A stretch of DNA of 57,961 nt, from the NCBI GenBank assembly GCA_013265495.1, contig MU057516.1, positions 4,914 through 62,874 on the forward strand, read 5' to 3'. Numbering within the stretch: position 1 is the stretch's first letter; the number at the start of each line of letters is the position of its first letter. The notes under the pieces are model-generated. The model was not told the DNA's origin. It worked only from the letters and a program-made list of their open reading frames with translations, and ran no database searches. The DNA is from Vicugna vicugna. Taxonomy: Eukaryota. A program made the translations under genes and the position numbers. This document shows, in pieces, positions 26,530 through 40,026 of this stretch.

Positions 26530-26650
26530 TTTCTAATATTTTTTTGGTGGGTGAGTTAACTAGGTTTTTTTTTAATGAAGTTACTAGGTATTGAACCCAG
26601 GACCTCGTGCATGCTAAGCACACGCTGTACCACTGAGGCATATCCTCCCC
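26530..26650 (-). mobile_element. tRNA-derived SINE (camelid-type) with TSD
   Basis: Reverse complement GGGGAGGATATGCCTCAGTGGTACAGCGTGTGCTTAGCATGCACGAGGTCCTGGGTTCAATACCTAG + A tail (A and B boxes). TCTAGTCTTTTC duplicated at 26518-26529 and 26653-26664. Confidence 0.88.
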
Positions 26651-28466
26651 TCTCTAGTCTTTTCAAATCTTAGACAATTCTCAGTTTTGTTTTTTGTTTG
26701 TCTGTCTTTTATGAAATTGAAATTTATTTAGGGGTCCAAGCCAGTTGATGTGTAGAATTTCCCATCAGCTGGGTTTTTTCAGGTAGCTTCATCTTAATTA
26801 GATTCACGATGAACATTTCTGGCATTAAAACAACGGTAGGTGCTGCTTTTGACCCTCCCACCATGCCCACCTTGTGTAATTGAGACATGGGTGTACAGTT
26901 CTACACTGTGACTGTTTTCTCTCTGCACTCTGAGGAGCTTATTCTGCTCTCTTCTGGCTTATTGTCATATTGGGAAGTCTGTTTTTTTCAGACTCTGTCA
27001 CTCCCTTTTCTCAGACTACTTTTATTATCTTCTGTTTTCTTTTGTTGTTCAATTTTTTTTCACAATGATATTTCTAGATGTGGACAGTTTTTATTTATTC
27101 AGCTTGAAAGGCTTCATACTCTCCAAATTTTGTTAACTTTTGGCAGTTCTCAGCCATCATTTCCTGAAACATTCTCTTTCCTTCTGACATGCTAATTTTG
27201 TGCATTCTATTCTAACTTCCACATTTCTTAACCTGTCTTTCACTGTTTCCATCTCCTTGTCACTGTGTACAATTTCTAGGAAATTTCTTCATATATGTCT
27301 TCCTGCTCACCACTTCTCTCTGCAGACTTAACTCACCGATTGAGTCATTTCATTGATTTTTTTAAGGAAATCTAATACTCTTTTATAAATCCTTTGGTAG
27401 TCTTTTTCTTCCTTGCTTTTATTTTCTTTTTTAATTTCTTTAAATAACAAATCTATTACAAAAGATCTATTACTCTATATTCTATACCTGGTAACTAGAA
27501 TATCCCAAATCCTGTGTTATTCAACCCTGCTGTTGTTTCTGCAAAGTATTCTTCACAATGGCTTTTTCTTTGTTTTTTTTTTAATTTTTTGAATTATAAT
27601 ATCACTGTTACTGATTTTACCTGCAGGAATCTTAACGTGATCTGGATTATTGATATATTCCCCTTCAAGATTTTGCTTTGTTTCTGCCAGATAACTAAGG
27701 TATTCACAGCCCAGCACAGTTCTCTGTTAATTTCTTACCTAGTATTGCAAATTTACACTCCAAACCCATGTGAATTCAAGGTGATAGTTACAAATATTCG
27801 GGTAGGACTTCTCCTTCTTCTCCTTTTTTTTTTTTTTTTTTTTTAAAAAATTTTTTTTTTTTTTTTGCCAAAGCAGAAGCTCTTTTTCCATCAAGGTGAC
27901 TTCATTCTAAGCCATTATTTACCAAAATTGTATATTTGAGTCCATCTATACTCTGCAAATCTGAGACAGAGTTTCCCATCCCTCACATACATCTCTAAAC
28001 CAAAGAGCTTTGCTTCATAGAACAACAGAAATCCTTGTGGCAGCTTGAACATCATCTCATCTGGTTTGCAGGTTCCTTTTAGATCTCCAGGGCTGGGCAC
28101 TCTTCTTACCTGCTTCTGAGCTCAGTATGACTTTACAGTGACCTTTGTTATGTGTTGTCCAGCATTTTCAGGTGTTGGGTACAATCCGGTTTTCTCACTG
28201 TCTTTTATATTATGTGGCTTGGAATTTTGAATCACAAGGAACAAACATTTCCACTATTGATTTATATTCAGGAATATGGATTTCAGATTCTGAAAGCAAT
28301 TACCAGAGGAGAATTTTCAAAAACTATTTTGTTAAAGGCATTATATTATGTGGAGCAGAAGGATAAATGGGATTTTCAAAAATAATTCTCCCCACCTCAC
28401 TTGTTTTGAATCAACCCTCAAGGAACAAACATTTCCACTATTGATTTATATTCAGGAATATAATAT

Positions 28467-29322
28467 NNNNNNNNNNNNNNNNNNNNNNNNNNNNNNNNNN
28501 NNNNNNNNNNNNNNNNNNNNNNNNNNNNNNNNNNNNNNNNNNNNNNNNNNNNNNNNNNNNNNNNNNNNNNNNNNNNNNNNNNNNNNNNNNNNNNNNNNNN
28601 NNNNNNNNNNNNNNNNNNNNNNNNNNNNNNNNNNNNNNNNNNNNNNNNNNNNNNNNNNNNNNNNNNNNNNNNNNNNNNNNNNNNNNNNNNNNNNNNNNNN
28701 NNNNNNNNNNNNNNNNNNNNNNNNNNNNNNNNNNNNNNNNNNNNNNNNNNNNNNNNNNNNNNNNNNNNNNNNNNNNNNNNNNNNNNNNNNNNNNNNNNNN
28801 NNNNNNNNNNNNNNNNNNNNNNNNNNNNNNNNNNNNNNNNNNNNNNNNNNNNNNNNNNNNNNNNNNNNNNNNNNNNNNNNNNNNNNNNNNNNNNNNNNNN
28901 NNNNNNNNNNNNNNNNNNNNNNNNNNNNNNNNNNNNNNNNNNNNNNNNNNNNNNNNNNNNNNNNNNNNNNNNNNNNNNNNNNNNNNNNNNNNNNNNNNNN
29001 NNNNNNNNNNNNNNNNNNNNNNNNNNNNNNNNNNNNNNNNNNNNNNNNNNNNNNNNNNNNNNNNNNNNNNNNNNNNNNNNNNNNNNNNNNNNNNNNNNNN
29101 NNNNNNNNNNNNNNNNNNNNNNNNNNNNNNNNNNNNNNNNNNNNNNNNNNNNNNNNNNNNNNNNNNNNNNNNNNNNNNNNNNNNNNNNNNNNNNNNNNNN
29201 NNNNNNNNNNNNNNNNNNNNNNNNNNNNNNNNNNNNNNNNNNNNNNNNNNNNNNNNNNNNNNNNNNNNNNNNNNNNNNNNNNNNNNNNNNNNNNNNNNNN
29301 NNNNNNNNNNNNNNNNNNNNNN
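28467..29322. other. Assembly gap (N run)
   Basis: Continuous n characters. Confidence 1.
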
Positions 29323-30301
29323 ATGTTTAACTGTGTGCCTAGAAGAGAAAGGAGATCTACTGATGAGGCCATTTCTGCCTCAGCAAAGGCCCATGACACA
29401 TTACTCCACACTGAGCAGTGCTCAGTAGTTGGAGTCGTGTTTAAGAGTAAATGCACTAGAATAGAGGAGTTGGGGGGCTCATAGAATATGAAAAATTATA
29501 GAAGAAAACAACTCAGCTGTATTCCTAACCAGGTACAGAGGTAACAAAACTCAGAGTGGAAAACAAAGAGCTCTGTGATTTAAAATAAGCTATCATTATT
29601 TACTAATAGAGTTATTACAAGAAGATTTGTCCTGCAGCTGGGCTATGGCTAAAGAGAAAAACAAGGAAATGTGAAATGCAGGACTATCTCTTAGAAATCC
29701 ATAAATATATATATACAAAAATATAAGTGTGTGTGTATGTGTGTGTATATATAAATATATGTATTTATGTATATATATATATACATAGAGTTACATGCTA
29801 AGGATGATGGTATAAAGATGCTCTGAAGTCTTCCATGCATATGTGAATCATAAACAAATCTCAGAAAATTTCCCTAGTGAATGCTGCTAACTTCAGGAAC
29901 TTGACCAGGATTCAAATGATAAGTGGTTGAGAAAAGCTATAGGTTGTTGAAAGGTACAAAATCATATAAGAATATTGGTTTAAGCAAATATGAATACATT
30001 TTTAATATAATGAAAATGTGTTAATCTGTGTTTCCTAGATTAACACATATTAGAAATCAGTCTTCTTCTATGAAATCTTACTTATTTTGGAGATGAATCC
30101 ATGGCTCACATATCACTGTTTTTGTGGTGGGTTTTTAGCAAGAAAATAGAAAAAGAAGTTGGAAAGAAACAGACCCTGTTGTGAGTGTTTGCCATGAAAA
30201 TCTGTCAAAAAACGGTGACTGGAATATAACCTTTCATGTTTAAGAAGATTTACTTTCTTTTCTTGGTCCTCCTTTTGGTCTTTTTTAGGCTTTTGATAGT
30301 C

Positions 30302-31184
30302 ATGACAAAAGGAAATAGCACTGGAGTGACTGAATTCTTTCTTCAGGGATTTGGTGCCCAACACAAGTTTCAGTATGTCCTCTTAACTTTATTTTTGGTC
30401 ATCTATGTGAAGTCCAGACTTCAGACACCCATGTACTTTTTCCTACAACATTTGGTTTTTGTTGATATCTGTTACAGTTCTGCTATCACTACCAAGATGA
30501 TGCAAAACTTCATAGTAGAAAACAAATCAATACCATTCAAGGGCTGTGTCATGCAATTATTGGTTTATGCAACATTTGTGACCACTGACTGCTACCTCCT
30601 GGTGGCTATGGCAGTGGACCGTTACGTGGCCATCTGTAACCCACTTCACTATCCCATAGTCATGTCCCAGAGAGTCTGCATCCAGTTGGTAGCTGGTTCA
30701 TATGTCATGGGCACTATAAATGCTTCTGTGCACACAGGGTTTACATTTCAGTGTTCTTCTGAAAGGGCAACACCATCAATCACTTCTTACGCAATGTTCC
30801 TCCAGTCCTCACCCTCTCATGCTCCAACATTGACATCAACATCATACTACTTGTAGTCTTTGTGGGATTTAACTTGGTGTTCACCGTGTCGGTCATCATT
30901 TGTTCCTACACATATATCCTGGCTGCCATCCTCAAGCTGTCTTCCACTGCAGGGAGGAAAAAAGCCTCCTCCACGTGTTCCTCCCAAATGACGCAGTCAC
31001 CATTTTCTGTGGGACCCTCTCTTACATGTACTTACAGCCTCATTCTAATAATTCCGAGGAGAACATGAAAGTGGCCTCTGAACTTTATGGCATTGTGATT
31101 CCCATGTTGAACCCCCTGATCTAAAGTCTGAGAAATAAGGAGGTAGAAGAAGCTCTAAAAGTGACAGGGAAGAAATTCTTCTAG
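30302..31184 (+). pseudogene. Olfactory receptor pseudogene, OR5AK2/OR5AK3-like
   Basis: [65 protein letters not shown]. Lesions: net 45-bp in-frame deletion at ~30409 removing the TM1 GN motif, 1-bp deletion ~30748, TGA 30760-30762, 1-bp deletion ~30992, TAA 31122-31124. Acceptor AG at 30287-30288. Confidence 0.95.
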
Positions 31185-31344
31185 ATTGGACCCCAAGGGT
31201 TAAAATGCAGCACACCAAAGTATGCAGTAGAGATGTTTGATCATATTTAATGTTTCTGAAATAGGGAACCTGTTCACTTCTTAAACCAGTGATACCTCCT
31301 TCAATAGATAGCTTAGTAGAATATAAGAAATATAATATTCAAGT

Positions 31345-31526
31345 GGAGAGTGTTTCATTGATATTTGCTGATATCACATTGGCCATAACAAGTCACATGG
31401 ACAACCCAGATTCAAAGACTTGGAGTAACAGATCTATCACTTAATGGAAGGACCTGAAACATCACATTGAAATGCTGTGGCTCCACTGAAGAAAAGGACT
31501 TGTGGCCATTTTTATAATCTACCACA
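31345..31526 (-). mobile_element. MLT1 (ERVL-MaLR) LTR fragment
   Basis: CATTGGCCATAACAAGTCACATGGACAACCCAGATTCAA..GTGGCCATTTTTATAATCTACCACA, typical MLT1 antisense end. Confidence 0.65.
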
Positions 31527-32287
31527 CCCTATGCCTGTCTGGAAAAAATGTTTTTTTTTTTTGGCTGACACCTTGATTAGGATATGATTTATATTGCCAT
31601 AGGTGTATGTATCAGAAACAATTCAAATTTAATCTCTGTAAACACAGTGTAGTTTGTATTTTCTCACTATTGTAACCCCAGTGTCTGTTATTTCTGGAAT
31701 ATGGTAAGTACTTATGAAATGCTTACTGAGACAGTGAACAGTGAATGCACCCAAAAACCTGACCATGTCCACTACAATGAGGGAAAATACTAGCACAGCA
31801 TAGTGCAGCTAACTCTTTTTGTAACATCCCATATTATGAGAGCTTTGGGGGGTGCACCAACTGCCTATAAGCCATTATGATAGAGGCTCAATTCTTCAAC
31901 CACAATTTGAGATCAATGACTAGCAAAGATGGCTAACACTATAGAAAAATATTAGTCTATACCACAGTGGAAAAAAATATGTTATCACCCATAAAATTTT
32001 TGAACAAGAATGACCTGGGGAAGAGAATACTTACAAAAGCTGAAAGATGAAAAATATATTCACATATCCCTTATGTGTACTCACTAGCTGTGGTGAAATA
32101 TGCTTGTTTTTCTGTCCACTTCCCATCCTCTTCTCATTTCTTCCTAAAAAGAACCCAGTATTATGTGGAAGATGATGCAGCCAGATAAACAGGTACTTCT
32201 CAGCTTTCACTGTAGCTAGAGTGGTACATGTCTTAATTTATGTTCCTGAGACATGGCCTTGGGTAAAGGGAATGTATGTGGGGGGTG

Positions 32288-33290
32288 TGTGGTGAAGAAT
32301 TAACCTTACATGAAGAAAGTTCTGGTCTGTGCCTTCAGCTACTGGGAGGTGACCTCAAAGCCCCTGGAATGCCCTCCCTAATAGGAGTGTGTTTGTTTGC
32401 CTGGAGGCTTTGGCCACTGGAAAGTCTAACAGTGTGATTTATGGGGTATGCCTATCAGTTCAACCTCCAGAGGATCTGGGGACTATAGGTATTGCCCTGA
32501 ACCTCCAGGAGGGATTGAGAACTAAGATCATCCACATGAACAATGACAGAGAGCCCCAAAAGGAACAAACCAAAGGCTCAGGTGAGCCTCCTGAGGTGGC
32601 CCCACTCCATGTGCATCACAGACACCCCAGCAGGTGATGCATCCCTGAGGATGGTGGGGGCTTCAAGTTTGGAACCTCACAGACATTTCCCTCTGTGTGT
32701 CTTTAATTAGATGGTTATAATTTGTGTCCATTTGCTGTAATAAAGTTGTAATTGTATGTGTAGTGCTTTCCAGATGTGTTGGTTCAGGTTCTGTTACAAA
32801 TTACATAGACTGAGTGGCTTCTGAACAACTGAAACTTATTTGTCACTTTTCTGGAGGTTGGAAGTCTGAGATCAGGGTGTCAGCATGGTTGAGGTCTGCT
32901 GAGAGCCCCATTCTGGGTAGCAGACTGCCAGCCTCTCATTATGTCCTCACATGATGGAGAATAGCTGGAGAAATCTCTGAGGACTCTTTTCAGGGCATTA
33001 ATCCATTCTTGAGCCCTGAACCATCATGACTTAAATACTTTCCAAAGACCCCTCCTCCTAATACCATCACACAGGGAGTTAGGATTTCAGTAGATGAATT
33101 TGGTGGAAGGGATACAAACATTGTCCATAACATAGAGTGGATTCCAGTAAATTATCAAATGTGAGGGTGATTGTGGAGACCTCTAATTTGCAGCCAAGTA
33201 CAAATGAGAACAGCTCTGAGGACCCTTGAACTTTTGACCAGTGTCTGAACTGACATCATCCCTATGGGAACTGTTCCAACAGACTGTACA
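32288..33290 (+). mobile_element. ERVL-class solo LTR (MER21/MER68-like) split by a nested MLT1A
   Basis: TGTGGTGAAGAATTAACCTT..CTGGGAGGTGACCTCAAAGCCCCTGGAATG..GTAATAAAG; resumes after 33132 with GAGTGGATTCCAGTAAATTATCAAA..CAGTGTCTGAA. Confidence 0.65.
32775..33132 (-). mobile_element. MLT1A-like solo LTR nested in the previous LTR
   Basis: TG...ACAAATTACATAGACTGAGTGGCTT..CTGGAGGTTGGAAGTCTGAGATCAGGGTG..CTCCTAATACCATCAC..ACAAACATTGTCCATAACA, full TG..CA length about 360 bp. Confidence 0.85.
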
Positions 33291-34619
33291 ATTTGTTAAA
33301 CTCTATGAAGGGGGCTATTCTAAGTGGCTCAGAGAGGAGCAGAAAGAGTGAGGTACAGAAAGACAAAGGCAAGCAAAGGGTGAATAATGTAGGTGGCTTA
33401 CACCCTGGGACCTGGACCTCAATCCCACAGGGGACTTTGGTAAACTATGTAGAATATCCCCCACAGCTGTCCCTCTGAAGGACAAGAGCTGAAGACAATA
33501 ATTTACTTCCCCTCCCCCATTGCTTGGTGGTCACCCCAGCATCTTCCACAGCTTCTGAGATACTCCTGAGAAGCAGAGGTACCACAGGAAACCTGTCCCT
33601 GGCAGCACAGACACAGCTGCACACACAGTTGCACTGAAACCCAGTAGCTGAGGGGCTGTGGTGCGGGACAGATTTCTGATGCTCGGTGTAACACAGTTCA
33701 TGACAACACGATGGAAGTAGAAGTCCCCTAGATGTAGGCAAAGCTTTTGTCTTCCTGATCAAGAGTGTGCATGTGGTTGCACTCTGTCCTGGATCTTTAC
33801 CTCCAGGACTTCTCTCATCTGCTTTGAAAGGGTGTGTGATGTCTGGCACCATAGTACACATGTGAGTACTGTGAGGCAACCAGCATATGGGAGAGACCAA
33901 ACAAACCACAGAAGTGTGAGTCCTGACTTCCAGGCTGTTGCTTTAAAAGTCCTTGTTTTTATAAAAGTAAGTTGGATTTTTATCTATTCACAGTGGAAAA
34001 CATTCCTAACTGAGACTCGTTCTGCAATAAGGAATACTGAATGTCAGTTCACCAGACACTGGCAATAAGTCTCCTAGAGACAAGAAGCTACAGGCTCGTT
34101 GAATGTAGCTTTCACCTTTCATTGAATAAAGCTCTAACCATAGCAGCAATATAGCCAAACACTCCTCAAAATCTTGTGTTCCATAGATTGTTGTTTGAAA
34201 TGTTCTTAAGTTATGAAGTGTCGCAGGATGAATGGGTGTCTTTATCCAGGGCTGATTTTTTTAATATAAACATTATTAGACAAAAAAAAGGAATCAAGAG
34301 TAAAATTTTACTTCAAATTTAAAAAATGGTCAAAGTAGTAATATAAATAATTATTTAAGTAGTAGTAGTAACTCAATTTGTTACATTAGGAACATAGGGA
34401 CTTAAATTTAGATCAGCTTTGGATTTCCTTTTTCAAGATAGCTGTGTTTGTTGCTAAACATCATGACAAAGTCAGTTTTCTAAACTTGAAGACAATTTTT
34501 TAGACATCGTAAAAATTGCTCAACTTGATTCATGGCAAGAAAAAAAATTTAAAGGAGTTGTTCTATCAACAAAGCAACACACAAAAAAGTCCCTGATGAC
34601 AGTAACATGATTAAATCTA

Positions 34620-34848
34620 TCTTCTCTAGAGAAAAATTAAATGTTCTTCAGCTGAAAATAACTACTGAATATTGTTTATTCCAATTGCATCACAGCCCCT
34701 GGATGCCCAGGTTCCCAATGGAGCAAGTATTGATCCCTCAGGCTCCAGCTTTAAGCTCCCCAGTTAGAAGGAAGCACACAGAGAGCCTGGTGGCCATCAG
34801 CCTGTACCAGTTGCAGAAAGAAAATCTGGATGCAACCCCGGTGTAAGT
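34620..34848 (+). promoter_or_regulatory. Candidate OR promoter and non-coding exon 1 (donor GTAAGT 34843-34848) for the OR at 40027
   Basis: Paralogous to 47190-47457. O/E(EBF)-like TTCCCAATGGAG (34712-34723) and TTCTCTAGAGA (~34622); conserved TTGCAGAAAGA.AATCTGGA and GGTGTAAGTAAAACAAA. Matching acceptor at 40002-40003. Confidence 0.65.
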
Positions 34849-36429
34849 AAAACAAAACACAGCCCATTTTTCAAAATCAGCTGTGTGCCCTCCCAGCATG
34901 TGCTGGAAATAGTGGAGCAAAGGGGTCAGAGACAAAGCTCTGGTAAGTTTCAGCCAAGAGCAGGGGTAGTCATTTCATCCCTGGTGACATAATGGAAATG
35001 GAGTGAGGGACCTGAATTGGGCTGAGTGTTGCCTGAGAAGGATGTGAATCAACAAACGATTGAAAGATTAGATGAATGACTGAATGAATGAATGAATAGT
35101 ATATGGCTTTAATGTGTAATTAGCATGTGTTATAACCAGATTTGAGTCCCATTCAAAGCATGACCCTCAGCTGGGAAATTTACATAAATCACATCAGTGA
35201 CTTTAGGTCATATCATTAAGAAGCAGACTTTACTTCTTTCCCTTTTTCTTCCTTCTTAAAACAATAAAGCTATTTTAAAATGAAAAGCAGATGAAGTTTA
35301 CAAGTTTAGAGACTGTCTCTCCACTCCTGTGGAAGAGGATAGCCATTCAAAGTTGGTGTGAATCCTTCTAGAGACTTTTCATTTATGAATAAAGAAAATG
35401 AGAAAAAGAGAGAATGGAGATTTCTTAAAAAGTTTATTTTAAGATGGCCCACCCTACATATTATTCTGCAACTTGCTCTGTTCATTTAGCAATACGGTAT
35501 GAGCACCTTTCCCTAAGAGTGTATAGTCCTCATGTGTATTGATTGATAATACGAATCTACTCTGATTTATTTAACTATATTTCCAAACTTTTGCCATTGT
35601 AATCAGTGTCGCAAAGAGCATTATTACCTTCCTAGTGATTCTGTGTAGAACTGAGGCTGAGTGGTGACATCATTTGTCTCTGTGAAGTAGTGGGATCAGA
35701 ATTCAAACCCAGGTGCTTTCTGCTGCACAATGCTGAATGTAAGTGAAGCTTTGGAGTCTCCAGGATTGAGTACAGATTAAACCCGTTCAAAATACTTGGG
35801 TTCTTGTCTTTGTGTGTGTGTGTGTGTCTGTGTCTGTGTGTGTTTGTGTGTGTTGTGTTGTGTCTGTTGTACTTGATTTTGCATAACTCTTGAAAATGTC
35901 ATGTTATACAGTTTACTCTAATTCCAAAGGATTAAATTAATATGGTAAATGTCATTATCTCATCAAGATTCTAATTTAAGTGGACACACAACCAATGCTA
36001 GCCTCTTCTGAAAAGTGCTTCCACACACTGCATGGAAGCCTCCTTGAAAGGGTTGCAGTTAATCTGTTTTACACTAAATTTACCTCAAGAGGCAGCTCCC
36101 ACATACTTACTGGCCTTCACCTGTCACTAAATGTCGAAAGAGGAGAATTGTTTCTTGTTCTGGCACTGTAGAGTTACCCTACTCTGTTTATTTCTCAAGA
36201 TGTTTGAGAGAACTGGATTCCCCACATCCCCACAGGTGGGATTGCCATACTCCCCACCTCTAAAGGCACCTTCTTATCCCAAACTGACCCTCCCATCCAT
36301 GGAGCTACAGCCCTGCCCGGAGTTAACCACATCAGAATGAGGAGCCCTCTACTGAGGTGTGGGTGGGGTTTGTCTTTGTGACAAAATATTTAAGATGCAT
36401 AAAAATATATTTAAAATAAGGTTGTAACC

Positions 36430-37670
36430 TGATGTACCATCAAGTAAGTTCCCCAACTTCCTTTTCAGTACCCAGCATTCCGTGTGAGAAATGTGTCCAC
36501 ATGGATGTTGTGGCACCAGTTCACTGAATTCTCACTGATTTATTAATAGTTCTTATTGTTTTCTATGTTTGAGCATGCTGCTAGGAGCATTCTTCTGTGT
36601 ATGTATTTATATGTACCTGTCTTCATAGATACCCTTACATGTGTGTGTCTGTGTAGCCTGTAAATTTATCAAGAATATGTACCTACTGTGGAAATTCTGG
36701 ATCAAAAGAAGGCATATTTAATTTTATTAATATTTCCAAGTATGTCTCCAACATGACCATTCTAATTTACCTTCTGGCCAGAAATATGTGAGTGTACATT
36801 CTAACCTAAACTTTCCATTTGAGACTGAGGACTATAGAATTGTATTTCAATGTGATATTAATATAACTAATAATAATTATCTGATAATTGATGAGTTGTG
36901 TGTATATCCATACTTCTATTGGCTATTTAAATCTCTCCTATAATTATCCTGATTATACATTTTGTGAATTTTTCATGTGGGGCAGTTTACAGAAATTACT
37001 TAAATGTACTGGATACTAATTCTTTGACCTTTATATGTGTTTCAAATAAATTTACCTGAGTAAAATTTTAGTCATTATCAGGTCTTTTCTCTTTCATAAT
37101 ATTGGTGTTTTTAAGTTAGATATCATTGAATTTTCTATGTTTTATGTTTTATGCACTCAGGTCTTATTTAGATTTTTTACTGTGTAGCCAGGGGGAAGGT
37201 ATTCTGCTGTGTTTCACTCTCACAGCTTCACAATTTAAGTCTTTAATCCATTTGGAATTGATACAATGAGAAGTAGAAACACAGTGTAAGTCATTCATGT
37301 ACATAAACACTTTAGCACCACGTTTATGGGGCCATTTGCATTATTGCCTGTGCTGCTGTTCTCATACTTCAAGCTTCAGTGACTTGTGGGCCTGTTTCTG
37401 GTCTTTCTCACAGTTCCATTGACCTGCTTGTCTCTCCTCACACCAGTACCACACTGTCTTTATTATTGTTGCTTTATAATATGTTCTGATTTCTAATAAG
37501 ACAAATTCTCCCTTTTTAACCATTGAAATTCTCTTAGCTATGTTTAGCTCTTTTCTCTTCCATATAAGTTTTATAAGCTTATGAAGGTGAACATGAAATT
37601 CACTCAAGCATTTCACTGAAATTACACTGAACTTGTAAATTAATATGAGGGGAAACATCACGTTGGTACA
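36430..37670 (-). mobile_element. Old (L1ME-like) L1 fragment
   Basis: ORF 37362..37661 carries the ORF2 motif YYKATIIKTVWYW; flanking decayed antisense L1 3' text. Confidence 0.75.
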
Positions 37671-40026
37671 ACTTGTTCATGACTGCTGCTGGAGAATACC
37701 TTGTCCCTGTTCCTGATGTTTCTCTCCTGCAAATGGAGCTCAATCTGTGTAATCATGGCCACCCTGTCCCCATTTTATTCACTTGGTTCCTAGAAAGGTG
37801 GAGGGGCTTATCAGGTTCATAAATCTGAGAACAACCTGGCGTGCCCTGCTCTGCCCTCACCCTCAGGAGCAGCCAGGCTGCTGAAGCCCATGGACCCCTA
37901 CATTTCAGAGGTGCTTCCCCACAATGTGCAAGAGGGCTGCCCCATCACTGCCACCAAGATTGAGTGGATAAGCCTGTCTGCTTATGGTGTTCATTGGAAG
38001 CAAGCAACTTGACTAATAACCTTGAAGTCTTCCCCCAGGTGTCTGAAGGTGATTTAATGGTCTCCATATCTTTTATTTCTCAACTTGTTCAAATCCGGGA
38101 AAAAGAAGAAAATAGCTATTCATTTGGAGCCTCTTTGAGACCCTAGCAATTGTTTGTTTATGAATGGATGGGTTGATTGTTGAATATGTATTTTATTGAC
38201 CACTGATTGCATCTATTTTTACAAGTGAAATGGTTCTAATATTCTTTTCTCAAACTTTACTTAATTAGGAATCAAGGTTACATTAGCTTCATGAAATGTA
38301 GAATGTTTTCTTTTGTGACTTACAGGAAAAGATTGTTTGATATTAGAATTATTTGTTCCAAAAATGTTTGGTAAAAGGTTCTTATGTCTAGTGTGTGTGT
38401 GTAAATTTTTAAATAAAAAGTCAAGTCAGTTAATGTTTTAAAAATCGTTAAATATTTTGCATATATACTGGCAGAGACACACACAGTGACTACTATCACT
38501 CTCTTGTTGCTTGCTATTTTAAAATAAATATTGAAAAAATGCAACTAAAATTTATCAAATTATACATATGATATAAATGCGATGATGTCAGTAACCTAAG
38601 ATGAAAAAAAATATATTATTGCTTTTTACTATCTTGGAGAAATGAACTAAGGAATGAAATTAATTTTTCAAAAAAAAGTCAAATAATGATAGTTATTTTA
38701 AATTTAAGGATTACTGTTCTATAAAGTATGTAGGCAAAATTAAAAGGTGATAAAATTGAGGGAAATTTGTTAAGTAAGAAACTGACAAGGTATTCAAATC
38801 TTGGATAAACAGAGAATGTCTAAAATCAACTCAATACAAACATCCACAAAAAAATATAAACAGGCAATTTACCAAAAACAAAATTAGTATCCCAAAATTC
38901 TAAGAACATTAGACAATGATCAAATTTACTTGCCATTAAAGGGAAAGAAAATAAATAAAAAATATATAGCAATTTACACCTATTTTTCCTGGCAAAAAAT
39001 GCTAGTAATGCTAGGAAAATACCAGTGATCACTGGAAAGTGACAGCATGGGAACCCCCATGCACACATTGTAGAGGTGTAGATGGTGTATTCATCACGAA
39101 GAGTGATCTGGAAAAAATGTGGTCAAGTTAAATGTGTGCACACCTCCAGACTCAAAAATGTTCTCCCTAGGAATATACCCTAGAAAAATTTAATGCTGGG
39201 TTCTTTGTAGTGGGAAAATGTTGTAGGCAATCTGCTGCCCATCACTAGGGAAGTACATAGGTACTTATGATGGATGGACACCATAGAGCAGTGCTACTTG
39301 ATGTGTGGTCCATGGACCAGCACCTGTGCTTAGACTCTGCTTCCACCCTATGATGAGATAACCACTGAAAGTGAGATCAACCATTTAAACTATCAGAGAA
39401 TTTTGACAATGCTGAGACCTTTTTACTGCATTTTATAAAAATATAGGGCCACAATAGATTGGAAATTTTACAAAGAAAATTATCCTTTACCATAAATACC
39501 TTGATAAACACTTCCATACAACTCCATGAGACCATCGTGGCAGAGAAGAGTTATTAAGTTGGGGAAAGGATAAAATGAAAATATGGAGATAAGTGTGAGC
39601 AAGATCATATAGAAATCTATGGATATGCGAATATTTCAAATATAATGATTAGTATTTAAGCAAATTGAATTTCTAATTAAAATATAGTGAGCATAAAAGA
39701 AAGCATAATTAAATGTTTATGTATATTTCATTTGTTGCTGAATTGATAGACTTATGAAATACCAATCACTCTGCACCCTGAAAAACATGGATACCAATCC
39801 ATGACAACTTCCCTATATTGTAAATAAAAATGTCTAAGTCAGGTGTCAAGGTTCAGTCTTTAAAATCTAAGTTAATTATGTCACAAAAATATTCTCTGAT
39901 CCCACTATGAAATTAAATATTATACCATTTTCCGTTTCAGAATTAGGTAGATGATCATGATGGTCTTAGCTTTCTCTATTCTTCTTTCTTTGCACCTTTT
40001 CAGCTAATATTTCATCTTTGCCAGCC

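Noticed and set aside
26530..26650. tRNA-like sequences here and at 51721 and 56761
   Set aside because: They have A-rich tails, TSDs and degenerate stems, so they are SINEs rather than tRNA genes.
28235..28461. Exact 43-nt direct repeat (28235-28277 and 28419-28461)
   Set aside because: The second copy sits at the contig end next to a gap; most likely an assembly or read artefact, or a trivial local duplication. Only two copies, not an array.
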